64,000 nt of DNA from an uncultured delta proteobacterium (GTDB taxonomy: Bacteria > Desulfobacterota > Binatia > UBA9968): assembly GCA_963771465.1 (NCBI GenBank), contig CAVYTU010000015.1, positions 1,201,357 to 1,265,356 on the forward strand. The letters are read 5' to 3'. Made by a program: the position numbers and the translations under genes. Positions 18,854 to 29,198 of the stretch are shown in pieces. Every line of letters begins with the position of its first letter. Positions within the stretch are counted from its first letter, which is position 1. A model generated the notes under the pieces. The model had not been told where the DNA came from and made no database searches. It saw nothing but the letters and a program-made list of their open reading frames with translations.

Positions 18854-19217
18854 TTCGCGAACGACGCGGTGACTCCGCTCGCTCAGGATAGCCTTCGAAT
18901 TTTTTTTGAAGCGTCTGAATGTTGCCACGAACGAAATTGGCCCGCCGACACGAGGATTTTTTGTTCCGCACTGGTTCATGCACCCCGTGGCGACATCAAC
19001 TTAATGAGTCCAACCGTTTAGTCACTCTGCGCTCTCGCTCAATTCTTCCTTGAGAACACGTCGCAGTTAGGCACTCAGTCCGCGCTCTTGACGCGTACTT
19101 CCCCTAGCGATATACGTCTCGCCGCTTCCGTAGGTGAAAGAACGGAAGAGCGGATAGGACTATGGCTGCCGAGTATTTTCGAGCGGCCCGCTAGCAGTAC
19201 GTCGCAAGGGAAATGGC

Positions 19218-20717
19218 GTGCGAAGCACCATAGACACTACTCATCGGGGGTTCCGTGAAACGCCGATCGGCTTAACTCCGGACCCGCAGTTTTTTTACTT
19301 CAACACCGTTTATCGAGAAGCTTTGGCTGCCCTGACTGATGGTTTTGCGTCGCGCAAAGGCCTCATTGTTGTTACCGGCGAACCGGGGACAGGAAAAACT
19401 ATTCTGCTGAGACAGCTGGTGCGCGGCCTCGAGCCTAAGTTCAAGACAGCATACATATTCAACACACGTGTCAGTTTCACCAACTTGCTTCATCTCATTT
19501 TAACTGGGTTGGGGCTGCGAGGATATGCAGAGGACAAGTTGGAGATGATCGACCGGCTCAAAGATTATTTACTCGAACAGGATAGAACGGGACACATCGT
19601 CGCGCTGCTCGTTGACGAGGCGCAAGATCTTAGTTTGGAGATTTTAGAAGAGCTGAGGCTTCTCACAAATCTTGAAACCGATCAGAGGAAGCTACTGCAA
19701 ATTGCATTGATAGGGCAACCCGAGCTCCAACGAAAGCTAGACGAACCGGAACTTTGGCAGCTCAATCAGGCAGTGGCGCTACGTTGCCGGCTTGTTCCCC
19801 TAGCAGCCAACGAAGTAGGTTCCTATCTGGATTCGAGACTTCACGCCGTGGTTCAACGGCACGAAGATCTATTTGATCGTGACGCCGTTAACAAAATTGG
19901 CCTCTATTCCAATGGAATTCCCCGCCTCATAAACATCATCTGCAATAATGCGCTGTTGATTTCCGATGCATCGGAGAAAGCGAAAATTGATGAACAAATG
20001 ATCGATGAGGTTGCCGCTGATCTACTCCTCGATCAATCCGGGGGCCGAATAGGATTTGCGCCACCACGAATCCAACGACCGATGGCAGGAAATGATTTCG
20101 TGGATTCCGGCCAGGAGAATACAGCCGATCACACGACGGCGGAAAATCCGTTCCACAATCAAAAGACTCTTAGCTGGCTGACGATCAGCCCGCTCCTCAT
20201 CGTCATTTTGATCGGACTCGGCGGGTTCCTCTATTCACAAAAAACCAATGATATGGAATATGCCAAGCTATCCGGAGCTGCACCTCAAGAGAGTTTTTCT
20301 AATATGCAATCTCAAATTCGGATTCCGATATCTCACAATCCCCAACCATCCAGTACAGACCAGAATCTCTCAATTGCCGCTCTGCGGACGATGACGATTG
20401 TACCGAGTGCGGATCCGCATCTCTCACGGCAGGAAATCGAAAAATTCCCGGCCAGCAACGAGAAACAATCCGAACATTGGCAACCGACCCACGACAAACC
20501 AGAAAGCGACCGGCTTGATACTTTTGAGGTTGTCGGAGCTTCCTTCGTTCGAAATCAGCCAAGCTCTGATGCAGACATAATCGCCACTCTCGAGCCCGGT
20601 ACCCGCGTCATCGCTACGCGCCGAAATGGGGATTACTACGCGGTTCGATCCCTCGGAAATGAGCCAATCCGTGGCTACGTTCATCGGGAGGACGCGTTCT
20701 TTGAGCGAAGTAGATAG
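19218..20717 (+). CDS. ExeA/GspA-like AAA ATPase with TM segment and C-terminal SH3-like domain
   Basis: GEPGTGKT, VDEAQ, LIGQPEL, GIPRLIN; C-terminal VRNQPS...IIATL..G...GYVH. Confidence 0.85.
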   Translation: MRSTIDTTHRGFRETPIGLTPDPQFFYFNTVYREALAALTDGFASRKGLIVVTGEPGTGKTILLRQLVRGLEPKFKTAYIFNTRVSFTNLLHLILTGLGLRGYAEDKLEMIDRLKDYLLEQDRTGHIVALLVDEAQDLSLEILEELRLLTNLETDQRKLLQIALIGQPELQRKLDEPELWQLNQAVALRCRLVPLAANEVGSYLDSRLHAVVQRHEDLFDRDAVNKIGLYSNGIPRLINIICNNALLISDASEKAKIDEQMIDEVAADLLLDQSGGRIGFAPPRIQRPMAGNDFVDSGQENTADHTTAENPFHNQKTLSWLTISPLLIVILIGLGGFLYSQKTNDMEYAKLSGAAPQESFSNMQSQIRIPISHNPQPSSTDQNLSIAALRTMTIVPSADPHLSRQEIEKFPASNEKQSEHWQPTHDKPESDRLDTFEVVGASFVRNQPSSDADIIATLEPGTRVIATRRNGDYYAVRSLGNEPIRGYVHREDAFFERSR

Positions 20718-20818
20718 CTCTCAAGGCTACTTCGAACAGGTTTGTTGACGCATTCTTGGCTGCGTTTTACCACGCTTGTTCGCATGTTCCCAATCAACCC
20801 GAACGACACGATGGACGT

Positions 20819-22609
20819 TCAGCTTTGCCGGCGATCTTTTGCCGGTCCTTCCGACTGCGACAGATTCGACGCGGTATTGATCAGGGCGACGTGGCTAAAC
20901 GCCTGGGGAAAATTCCCGAGGTGTCGTTTTGTCGCCGGGTCGTATTCTTCCGCCAATAGACCGACGTCGTTACGTAGGCTTAGCAAGCGCTCAAACAGCA
21001 GTCGCGCATCTTCTGGCCGTCCCAACAGTGCTAGATTGTCGGCGAGCCAAAAGCTACAGGGAAGAAAGGCAGCTTCGCCGGGGGGCAGCCCGTCGACTTT
21101 CGGTTTAGTGCGATAGCGCAGCACAAAACCGTCGACCATGAGGTCGCGTTCAATCGCCTCGACAGTGCCTTTGATACGTGGGTCGTCCGGCGGCAGAAAG
21201 CCGACTAATGAGATCATCAGCAGGCTGGCATCGAGCTCCTTGCCGCCGTAGTACTGAACAAAGGTGTTGCGCTCGCGGTCAAAGCCATTACGGCAGACTT
21301 CGTCATGGATATTGGCGCGCACACTGCGCCAGCGCTCGATGGGACCATCGAAACCGAAATTCTCGACGGCCTTCACCATGCGATCCACGGCGACCCATGC
21401 CATCACCTTTGAATGGGTGAAGTGGCGCTTCGGACCGCGCACTTCCCAGATGCCGTTGTCCGGCTCGCTCCACACCGATTCCAGGTGATCGACTAACGCA
21501 CGTTCGAGCCGCCAAGCGTTTTCATCCGGTGGCAGCCCGCCGCGGCGCGTCAGATGCATCGCGTCCATCAGCTCGCCATAGACGTCGAGTTGAAACTGCT
21601 CGCAGGCAGCGTTGCCAATGCGCACCGGTGCCGAACCTTCGTAACCGGGCAACCAGCCAAGCTCTATCTCGGGCAGCCGTCTTTCTCCCGCCAAGCCATA
21701 CATGATGCTCATCTGCGACGGCTTGCCGGCGACCGCCCGCAACAACCAATCACGCCACGCGCAGGCTTCGTCCGTGTAGCCCGCGAGCATCAAGGCATAC
21801 AGAGTAAACGTCGCATCGCGAACCCAGCAATAGCGGTAGTCCCAATTTCTAACGCCACCTAGGCGTTCCGGAAGAGAAGTCGTCACCGCGGCGACGATGC
21901 CGCCCGTCGGTGCATAGGTCAGTGCCTTCAAAGTCACGAGCGAACGGATGACGCTAGCGCGGTAGGGACCCTCATACGTGCAGCGGCCGATCCATTCTTG
22001 CCACCACTTTTCCGTCTGTGCCAGCAACGCTTCGGCATCGGCCGTGACCCCTTCTGCATCGTGCGACGGTAGCCACGTCAAGACGAAGTGACGGCGTTGT
22101 CCGGCGGAGACCGTGAACTCCGCCTCGGTTCTAAAGTTTTGATTGCGCAGCTCAACATCCGTCTGCAAGGTCAGCGTGTCAGGACCGGCAACCGCGCAAA
22201 TGCCATTTTTCGTTCGGCGCATCCACGGAACGATGGAGCCGTAGTCAGGCCGCAGCACGAGTTGCATGCGCATTGAAACCTGGCCGCTTTTGCCCACCAC
22301 GATGCGAACTACGTCCGCTTCTTTGCTGCGCGGCGGCATGCAATCGATGACGCTCGCTACGCCGTCGGCGGTTTCGTATTCCGTCTCGAGAACCAAAGTG
22401 TCGTCATGATAGCTGCGGCGGATTTGTCGAATCTCTCCGGCGGCGCTGAGGCTCCAGCAACCATGTTCCTCGGTCCCCAGTAGTGCGGCAAAGCAAGCGC
22501 CCGAATCGAAACGCGGGAAACATAGCCAATCGATGGAACCGTTGCGCGCCACGAGCGCGGCCGTGTGACAATCCCCGATGAGCGCGTAATCTTCTATCCG
22601 TGACGCCAT
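20819..22609 (-). CDS. Glycoside hydrolase family 15 (trehalase/glucoamylase-like)
   Basis: RIEDYALIGD, RNWDYRYCWVRD, QLDVYGE and GNFPQAFSH motifs. Confidence 0.95.
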   Translation of the reverse strand: MASRIEDYALIGDCHTAALVARNGSIDWLCFPRFDSGACFAALLGTEEHGCWSLSAAGEIRQIRRSYHDDTLVLETEYETADGVASVIDCMPPRSKEADVVRIVVGKSGQVSMRMQLVLRPDYGSIVPWMRRTKNGICAVAGPDTLTLQTDVELRNQNFRTEAEFTVSAGQRRHFVLTWLPSHDAEGVTADAEALLAQTEKWWQEWIGRCTYEGPYRASVIRSLVTLKALTYAPTGGIVAAVTTSLPERLGGVRNWDYRYCWVRDATFTLYALMLAGYTDEACAWRDWLLRAVAGKPSQMSIMYGLAGERRLPEIELGWLPGYEGSAPVRIGNAACEQFQLDVYGELMDAMHLTRRGGLPPDENAWRLERALVDHLESVWSEPDNGIWEVRGPKRHFTHSKVMAWVAVDRMVKAVENFGFDGPIERWRSVRANIHDEVCRNGFDRERNTFVQYYGGKELDASLLMISLVGFLPPDDPRIKGTVEAIERDLMVDGFVLRYRTKPKVDGLPPGEAAFLPCSFWLADNLALLGRPEDARLLFERLLSLRNDVGLLAEEYDPATKRHLGNFPQAFSHVALINTASNLSQSEGPAKDRRQS

Positions 22610-22763
22610 AGGTGAAACCTCGCAAAAGTTGCTACGGATCGCTAACCGCCTTCTGTAAGAATAAATCGCGAAATTGGGGGTATCAACATGGACTCGAATT
22701 TTGACCTTACGTACATCGTGAGCATCAAAATCCAAACGACGCGGGAATTGCAGATTCTCATCG

Positions 22764-23248
22764 GTGGCTCCGAAAACCACCCCCCTGGCAGAACAGTCCG
22801 AAGAGGAGCTCGATCGAATGGTGGCCATTAATCTTAAGGAAGTCTGGCTGTCGATGAAGTTCCAGATCCCGGCCATCCTCAAAAACGGACGCGGGGCGAT
22901 CGTGAATAACTCGTCGATGGGCGGTTTGATCGCCTTCCCCGGCATCGCGCCCTACCACGCTGTCAAGCACGGAGCGCTCGGCTTGACGAAGTCGGCAGCG
23001 TTGGACTACGCCAAATCGGGGCTGCGGATCAATGTGGTGTGCCCCGTGCTGCTCATGACCGACCTACTAGCCGGAATGATGGGCGGGCAGGAGGCGATGT
23101 AGAAGTGGGCGGCCGAGCAACAGCCGATCGTACGGGCGGCGAAGTGAGCGAAGTTGCCAATGCCGTCATCTGGCTTTGCTCTCCCGGTTCGTCGCTGATG
23201 ACTGGGCATCACATCATCCTGGACGGCGGCATGACGGCAACCGCTTAA
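22764..23248 (+). pseudogene. SDR oxidoreductase remnant
   Basis: GAIVNNSS, YHAVKHG and LDGGMTA; no N-terminal Rossmann motif; internal TAG at 23100 and a frameshift. Confidence 0.8.
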
Positions 23249-23337
23249 ACGAGGATTGTCAATTCTCGTGTCGTGCCCAATTAGCACAGTGCCGCCGAAA
23301 AGTGATCATTCGGCAGCGCAAGGCTTGTGTATCTTCT

Positions 23338-23847
23338 CTATCCGTAAATGCGATTTATAAAGACATGCGCATACCAAATTTTATTTTCAGCCGTAGGAAA
23401 AATATTAATCTCGTAAATACCCGGTAGATCGCGCCACCTGGTAACAGCGTGATTAGAGAAATCAGGCGTCGTATTTCGATCGAGACCAAGGTCTCCGAGA
23501 AATGTCCGTCCATCTTGGGGATAGGAATACCGCTGATATCTCTCGCTCAATTTTTGAATCCATATTGTCAGATATCTTGCTCCTCCTTCGATATAGGTGA
23601 TCTGAATAGCTTCATTCATATACGCGGCCCGTATTGATGGATAGGTATTGCCGCGGCTACTTCTAAATAAATCATCGACTAACTTGGACGGTTTTCCCAA
23701 AATCTTTTCAACGTCCGCCGGAGGCCTATCGGTGACCTTTTTCAAATCGAAGAGGAACTTTTCCTGTGCTGCGGAATAGTCAAACACAAACAAAGTAAGC
23801 AACAATCCTGTAACAGAGATAATCTCCTTCAGACCCATAAACTTCAT
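23338..23847 (-). CDS. Exported hypothetical protein
   Basis: GGAGGT RBS; signal peptide; lower GC. Confidence 0.7.
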   Translation of the reverse strand: MKFMGLKEIISVTGLLLTLFVFDYSAAQEKFLFDLKKVTDRPPADVEKILGKPSKLVDDLFRSSRGNTYPSIRAAYMNEAIQITYIEGGARYLTIWIQKLSERYQRYSYPQDGRTFLGDLGLDRNTTPDFSNHAVTRWRDLPGIYEINIFPTAENKIWYAHVFINRIYG

Positions 23848-24040
23848 CTCTTGTCACCTCCCTGACCTGAGCTATAATGCCGGCAGCGTCCCTCAACCAC
23901 TTCGACGTTTGGCTGCGGTAAAATTGAATCTGAGGAGTTTAGATTCTCGTAGCACGTGTAACCAGTTAAGAACACGAGCCAATTTTTTTGTTTTTGCCAT
24001 TACTTTGCCAGAAGAAACCGCCGCAAAAATTCGAATGATG

Positions 24041-24163
24041 TCACGAGCGAGCATACGAATCGTCCTGCGCAGCGGCAAAAATTACTCGCCGTGCGCTAGA
24101 CTCCGCCCATGGCCGGATTAGCCGGCAAATCTCCAACGGTTCGGGATGGAGAGAGTCGCCAAA
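24041..24163 (+). repeat. Internally deleted copy of the TerS-like gene with its upstream region
   Basis: 24041-24131 resembles 61127-61216 and joins directly to sequence matching the gene's 3' end (cf. 63919-63957). Confidence 0.8.
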
Positions 24164-24205
24164 GCGCCATCCACAGTTATCAGAGAAAAATATCCGTCGA
24201 AATCT

Positions 24206-24318
24206 CGATGAATCTTTTGCTAACTAGCAAAGTAATGGCAAAGTAAACGGCGAGAATGCACTTCTGCAACGCGAGCAGAAAACTAACTGGTTGGAATTAA
24301 AGAAGTAAAAATGTGGCC
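24206..24318. repeat. Element-end repeat, homologous to 35246-35346
   Basis: Near-identical sequence ending AAGTAAAAATGTGGCC (last bases of tRNA-Phe on the minus strand); contains TAGCAAAGTAATGGCAAAGT. Confidence 0.85.
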
Positions 24319-24617
24319 GAACCAATGCAAAAACTAATGCTGACTAGCGCCGGCAACCCCGCGGCCAATCCCACGGACGACATCTTGCTGCTTAAATCTT
24401 TTCTAAAGCACGGATTAGACTAACAGCATTCACCACCAGCACGGTTCTTTCCTTATTGAAATTCTCTTCCTGAAGGTCCTGGAAGAGACGGGTAACTTAA
24501 GACGTGAGACTCTTGCGGAAACGGATCATCGGAACTTCTTCGAATTCATGATTCACCGCCTTGCCGTCAGAAAGCGAAATATCGGTCGGATTCAGACGAC
24601 AAAAAGGCGAGCAACGG

Positions 24618-25406
24618 TTAACGTCGCTTGACGACAATGAACTCTTGAGCTGAACCCGGAGGGCAGGCAGCGAGCTTTGAGCCCGAATTCGCTGGCAGTC
24701 GAGGATCCGCGACAATAAAAAGTTCATAATTTCTCCCAACGCTCGAAGAGCCTTCCACCCCGACCGTCAAATTTGACCGCCATGTGCCCATTGTCCTATC
24801 GATCGTTGCTAATTCCTGCTTCCAATAACCGTCTGTGTTAACTGGATGTACGATCGGCAATAGCGATTTGAAATTTGCGCTGAGGAAACCGGTCGCCAAA
24901 ACATTCCGGGGCACGGATGAGTTTGGAGTTGGGTTGGTAAAGAGTAGAAGTGGACCCAACCTGACGATTTGATCGTAAATCTCGTCCGTGGCCTCTCCTA
25001 CCGCAGCGAGAAAATTATTATCAACACGTCGGCCATTAAAAGTAGCAAGTGACACGCCAGCAAGATCGCTTGGAATTTTCGGCGGCTTGCTCGAGTCGTA
25101 AATCATAAATGTACGATCTGGTCCCAGTCGTCCTAAAAACATTCCGGCTTCTAAAAGAACATTATCTCGTGGCCCAATAGTAGGGTTACCCCGACTTTCA
25201 ACAAGATCATCCTGCGTAAGAACCAGAACGGCGAAATCAAATTGTGCTAATGCTTTTAGAAGGCTCTCAAGATTCCCACGATTAAGGCCGAATACGCCGT
25301 CTTTCCAAATCGTGATTTCAGCAACTTCTTTAAGTTGTTGCCTCACCTTTCGAGCGATTTTAAGACCCTCCGCAGATGAACCAATGAACAGTGTTGGTGC
25401 AGCCAT
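24618..25406 (-). CDS. CAP12/Pycsar-type TIR-domain protein with unknown C-terminal domain
   Basis: FIGSS.E, FDFAVLVLTQDD, RDNVLLEAGMFLGRLG, IPSDLAG; AAGGAG RBS. Confidence 0.85.
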   Translation of the reverse strand: MAAPTLFIGSSAEGLKIARKVRQQLKEVAEITIWKDGVFGLNRGNLESLLKALAQFDFAVLVLTQDDLVESRGNPTIGPRDNVLLEAGMFLGRLGPDRTFMIYDSSKPPKIPSDLAGVSLATFNGRRVDNNFLAAVGEATDEIYDQIVRLGPLLLFTNPTPNSSVPRNVLATGFLSANFKSLLPIVHPVNTDGYWKQELATIDRTMGTWRSNLTVGVEGSSSVGRNYELFIVADPRLPANSGSKLAACPPGSAQEFIVVKRR

Positions 25407-26123
25407 ACCCCACTCCTTTGTGCTCGCGCCGTTGAAACCGCGGGTGCCTTCTCGTCCACCAAACTGGATCACTTTCAATGGCCGAACTCATTCCCCGGGG
25501 CGACTCACGGGAACAATTATTTGAACAACGTGAACAATATGCACTTCTAAAATCCTAATAACAAAGCGCAGGGATTCAAAAAATACGGGAGGTGCTACTG
25601 AACGAATGGATTCATATCGCCGAAAGCAGTGAGGTTGATTTAATAAGCTCTGTAACTAAATAGTTGACTCGATCCAATGAACTGCTCGCGAGAAAAGAAA
25701 ATTGCCAGAAGCTGAATGAGTTGTTAGCGTATGTCGCAGTGCCTGTCGGAGCCGTGGAGACAATGATCGGAATGCTCCCAATACTTAGCTCTGCAATCGG
25801 GGTGGCGAGCCTCGGGTTCAATTTCGACGCAAAGAGTATCGATAAAAAACCAGGTGGCGTCCGTTGCTGCGCTAATAATTCGCCCGTTGAGCCTTCGCTT
25901 GCGGCCAGAATAGTGTCCTTCCCTACAGCGAAATGTCTGTGGCACCGGCAGCGGCCAAAACCCCAGCCCTGCTGAGTTTGCCGGGTAGGACCAGTGTTCG
26001 TGCGATTAAATGAATTCAACTGTACGCGCGCTATCCCCTATGCGCTAACTCATTTGATGGCGCCAACGAGTTTTCTCGACTTGTTGACGAATACGCACAT
26101 GGGCAACTATAAGACTTCCTAAG

Positions 26124-26729
26124 ATGGCTGCGATTCGACGATTCGTCCTCGGCGTCGATCTTGACGGAGTGTGCGCCGATTTCTACCGGGGTCTTCGTCC
26201 TATTGCCGCTGAATGGTTGGGTGTGGACGTCGCCACCCTGCCGGAGCGTGTTTCTTGGGGGCTACCCGAATGGGGAATTGACAAGGCACCCGGTGGATAC
26301 GAGGCGCTTCATCGATTCGCAGTTACTCAGAGGGACCTGTTTCGGATTTTACCTCCGATGCCAGGCGCACCAGCTGCCCTTCGGCAGCTATCAGCGGCCG
26401 ATGTGCGTATCCGTGTTATTACCCATCGTTTCTTTATCAAATTCTTCCACCAAGTGGCTGCGCGTCAAACTATTGAGTGGCTGGACCATCACGACATCCC
26501 CTATTGGGATTTGTGTTTCATGCAGGAGAAGGCAGCGGTCGGTGCCGACCTATACATTGAAGACTCGCCGACCAACGTCGAACGCCTCAGGGCCCAGCGG
26601 CTCAACACAATCGTATTTACGAATTCAACTAATGAGCACGTCGATCCTCCGCGAGCGAATACTTGGACTCAACTTGTCGAACTAGTTCTAGAAGAAAAAA
26701 TGCAATGGCAAAAGCAGAACGACAGCTGA
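26124..26729 (+). CDS. 5'(3')-deoxyribonucleotidase (NT5C-like HAD)
   Basis: VDLDGVCADF, ITHR and YIEDSPTN motifs. Confidence 0.85.
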   Translation: MAAIRRFVLGVDLDGVCADFYRGLRPIAAEWLGVDVATLPERVSWGLPEWGIDKAPGGYEALHRFAVTQRDLFRILPPMPGAPAALRQLSAADVRIRVITHRFFIKFFHQVAARQTIEWLDHHDIPYWDLCFMQEKAAVGADLYIEDSPTNVERLRAQRLNTIVFTNSTNEHVDPPRANTWTQLVELVLEEKMQWQKQNDS

Positions 26730-26771
26730 GACACTCAAGTACGCCTTTGCCGCGTTTATTATCCGCAAAGG

Positions 26772-26796
26772 CTGGTCAGTATATTACTAGTTATGT
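26772..26796 (+). mobile_element. attC 3' half (R' GTTATGT at 26790)
   Basis: CTGGTCAGTATATTACTA-GTTATGTCGCA; exact reverse complement TGCGACATAAC at 27529-27539. Confidence 0.75.
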
Positions 26797-26980
26797 CGCA
26801 GGAGTCGCTCGACATTCCGACGGAATGGTGGCTTGACTAGTCTGGGCTTCCGGATCGGCTAAAATGGTGCGGATTTTACGGCTTATTGACGCGGAAATGT
26901 CGGCCAAGCCAATGCCCTTCGACTGCAAACGCATCGTTTTGCTGCGGCTTCGGGCGGCTCATCACGAATGGAGAAGTGAC

Positions 26981-27466
26981 ATGATGAAGCAAGCAAAGAA
27001 CACGATTTGTCTTTGGTACGATGGCGACGCCGAGGACGCGGCGCGATTTTACGCCAAGACCTTTCCCGATTCATCCGTTGGCGCGGTGCACCCCGCACCG
27101 GGAGACTTTCCGTCCGGGAAGAAAGGGGATGTGTTGACGGTCGAATTTACCGTGATGGGAATTCCCTGCCTCGGGCTCAATGGCGGACCCGCGTTCAAGC
27201 ACAACGAAGCGTTCTCGTTTCAGGTCGCAACCGCAGACCAGGCCGAAACTGATCGTTACTGGAACGCGATCGTCGGCAACGGCGGCAAAGAGAGTGCGTG
27301 CGGCTGGTGCAAGGACAAATGGGGATTGTCCTGGCAGATTACGCCGATCGTTCTGACCAAAGCGATAACCGATCCCGATCCCGCTGCCGCCAAGCGCGCG
27401 TTCGATGCGATGATGGAGATGAAAAAGATCGACATCGCTGCAATCGAGGCAGCGCGCCGCGATTGA
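26981..27466 (+). CDS. VOC/PhnB-like (3-demethylubiquinone methyltransferase-like) protein in a gene cassette
   Basis: TICLWY, LNGGP.F, CGWCKDKWGLSWQITP and MKKIDIA motifs. Confidence 0.92.
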   Translation: MMKQAKNTICLWYDGDAEDAARFYAKTFPDSSVGAVHPAPGDFPSGKKGDVLTVEFTVMGIPCLGLNGGPAFKHNEAFSFQVATADQAETDRYWNAIVGNGGKESACGWCKDKWGLSWQITPIVLTKAITDPDPAAAKRAFDAMMEMKKIDIAAIEAARRD

Positions 27467-27532
27467 AGTTGCAATCTTCGAAGCGTGCATGCCCTTCTCT
27501 ATCGAAGTCGTTCCGCGGCCACGCGGCGTGCG

Positions 27533-27634
27533 ACATAACCCGCCGCTGGAGCGGACCGCGGCGGCGGTATACTTGGTTTGCGGTCGAGCGTCGCGCGTGC
27601 GCCGCCGCGGCCGCTCAACGGCCTTCCGTTAGGC
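27533..27634 (+). mobile_element. Integron attC site
   Basis: R'' ACATAAC, imperfect palindrome GAGCGGACCGCGGCGGCG / CGCCGCCGCGGCCGCTC, R' GTTAGGC. Confidence 0.85.
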
Positions 27635-27735
27635 TGACGATTCTATCCACAGACTCGAACAGCTCAGCGTGTGGTTTCGATTAAAGAGCAACAGGGAACT
27701 CATTGAGTTCTGAAACGCGACATCAGGAGCCTATT

Positions 27736-28121
27736 ATTAAGCTTAAAGCAGTGCTGACCGTTTCGGCGATTTACCAGGCTGTTGTTGGCCTCGGGATGAT
27801 GCTCGCTCCCCGGCAGTTTGGTATCGATGCTGTCCCAGCGGATTCCCCCCGGCGCTGATCGCCTTCCTCCGAATCTTCGGCGGTCCGATGCTTGGGATTG
27901 CAGTGCTTAACTGGATGGCTCGGAACGCAGAGCCTTCCGCTGCACGAAACGCCATTGTCCTTGCAAATATCGTGGGGTTTGGTTGCGTAACTCTCATGGA
28001 CGTATGGGGTGTGTTCACTGGTGGCGCCCGCCCGATTGCGAAACTGTTCCTTCTGATTCATTTGCTTTTGACTGTCGCCTTCGTCGTTGCATGGCGAACC
28101 ATCAAGGCGGAAAGGATTTGA
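27736..28121 (+). pseudogene. Small multi-TM membrane protein cassette, frameshifted, start codon mutated
   Basis: AGGAG RBS, then KLKAVLTVSAIYQAVVGL... continuing as MLGIAVLNWMARN; followed by attC 3' half GTCGCTGAGCTTGGGGCGTTAGGG (28167-28190). Confidence 0.6.
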
Positions 28122-28302
28122 GACGATGACGCGCTCCGGTTGCAAGCGAACGCCCTCGTGGGCCGGGTCGCTGAGCTTGGGGCGTTAGGGCGCGAGCGCC
28201 TACAGCCGATAGGCGGAAAACGAATTTGATTCTCAATCAAGTAGTCCGCCCGAATAAGTTCGACTTGCTGGCGGTACTTGTCGATACTAATTTCTGCAAA
28301 AG

Positions 28303-28326
28303 CTGGTCAGTATATTACAGTTAGGC
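28303..28326 (+). mobile_element. attC 3' half (R' GTTAGGC at 28320)
   Basis: CTGGTCAGTATATTACA-GTTAGGCGTC; near-complementary to GATGCCTAAT at 29110-29119. Confidence 0.7.
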
Positions 28327-28347
28327 GTCACAGGGGGATCTTATTCG

Positions 28348-29118
28348 GTGAACACGTCTTTGCCCGAGAACTGCTTTATCTCACATTCGTATGCCGACTC
28401 TGCCGCGCGTGAACGACTTATTCGTAATCTCCCCGACGGCGTACGGCCCTTTGTATTCCCGCCTATCCAGGCAGAGCCGCATGAGTTTGTGAGCAAGCCA
28501 CTAATCGACGCGATACTTGCCTGCGAAGGTCTCATTTACTTTCGCGGCGGCGCCTCGGACAAATCCTTTTGGGTAGCCTTGGAGCGAGACTATGCTTTAC
28601 GTTCCGGCAAGCCGGTCTTCTGCTACGACGTCGCAACATCTGAACTCTCGCGGGATACCGAGAGGCAGCTAGATCTGGCTGTCTTTGCATCCTATACGCA
28701 CAATGACCGTACGCGAGTTAGGCAGATCTGCGATTTTCTGGGTCAAGAACGAAACTTCGATGTCTGGCTAATCTGAATTCTGGGGGTCTTTGGGAGAAAG
28801 AGATTGACGAGGGACTTGCTGATCGACTGAAACGCGGCGGCTATGTCATTGCATTTTGGTCCGATAGTGCAAGTCGATCCAAGGAGATTGAGAAGGAGCT
28901 CGCGGCAGCAGCAGCAAATATTGAGCAGCTAAATGACAAAGTCCTCTTCGCGCTTCTTGAGCCCAGCCGGCTTCCCGAGTTCTGGCAACGGTTCCACGAG
29001 CCGTACGTCCAGCTCTATGGCGATTCCGATCGCTCTGAGACTCATCGGATTGATGATCTCGTGGTGCGGTGTATTGGTTGATCTATCGGAAGACAAAGTC
29101 CACGGAGGCGATGCCTAA
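28348..29118 (+). pseudogene. Tandem TIR-like protein in a cassette, disrupted near 28776
   Basis: Two TIR starts (CFISHSYAD and VFASYTHND), SFWVALE; continues ...VIAFWSDSASRSKEIEKEL in a later frame. Confidence 0.7.
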
Positions 29119-29178
29119 TCCATCGCACAAGCGGACAGACGTCGGCAAGTAGGAGTCTGTCGCTAATAAACGTTAGGC
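29113..29178 (+). mobile_element. Degenerate attC site
   Basis: GCCTAAT ... GACAGAC/GTCTGTC inverted repeat ... GTTAGGC. Confidence 0.65.
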
Positions 29179-29198
29179 TGCACCCCGCCGAGTTTGAG

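Noticed and set aside
22610-22945. N-terminal extension of GH15 in the ORF track (708 aa)
   Set aside because: It is antisense to an SDR remnant; the family-typical start is MASRIEDY at 22609.
25612-26019. 135-aa minus-strand ORF
   Set aside because: No protein-like features; the + strand carries what looks like a stop-interrupted gene remnant.
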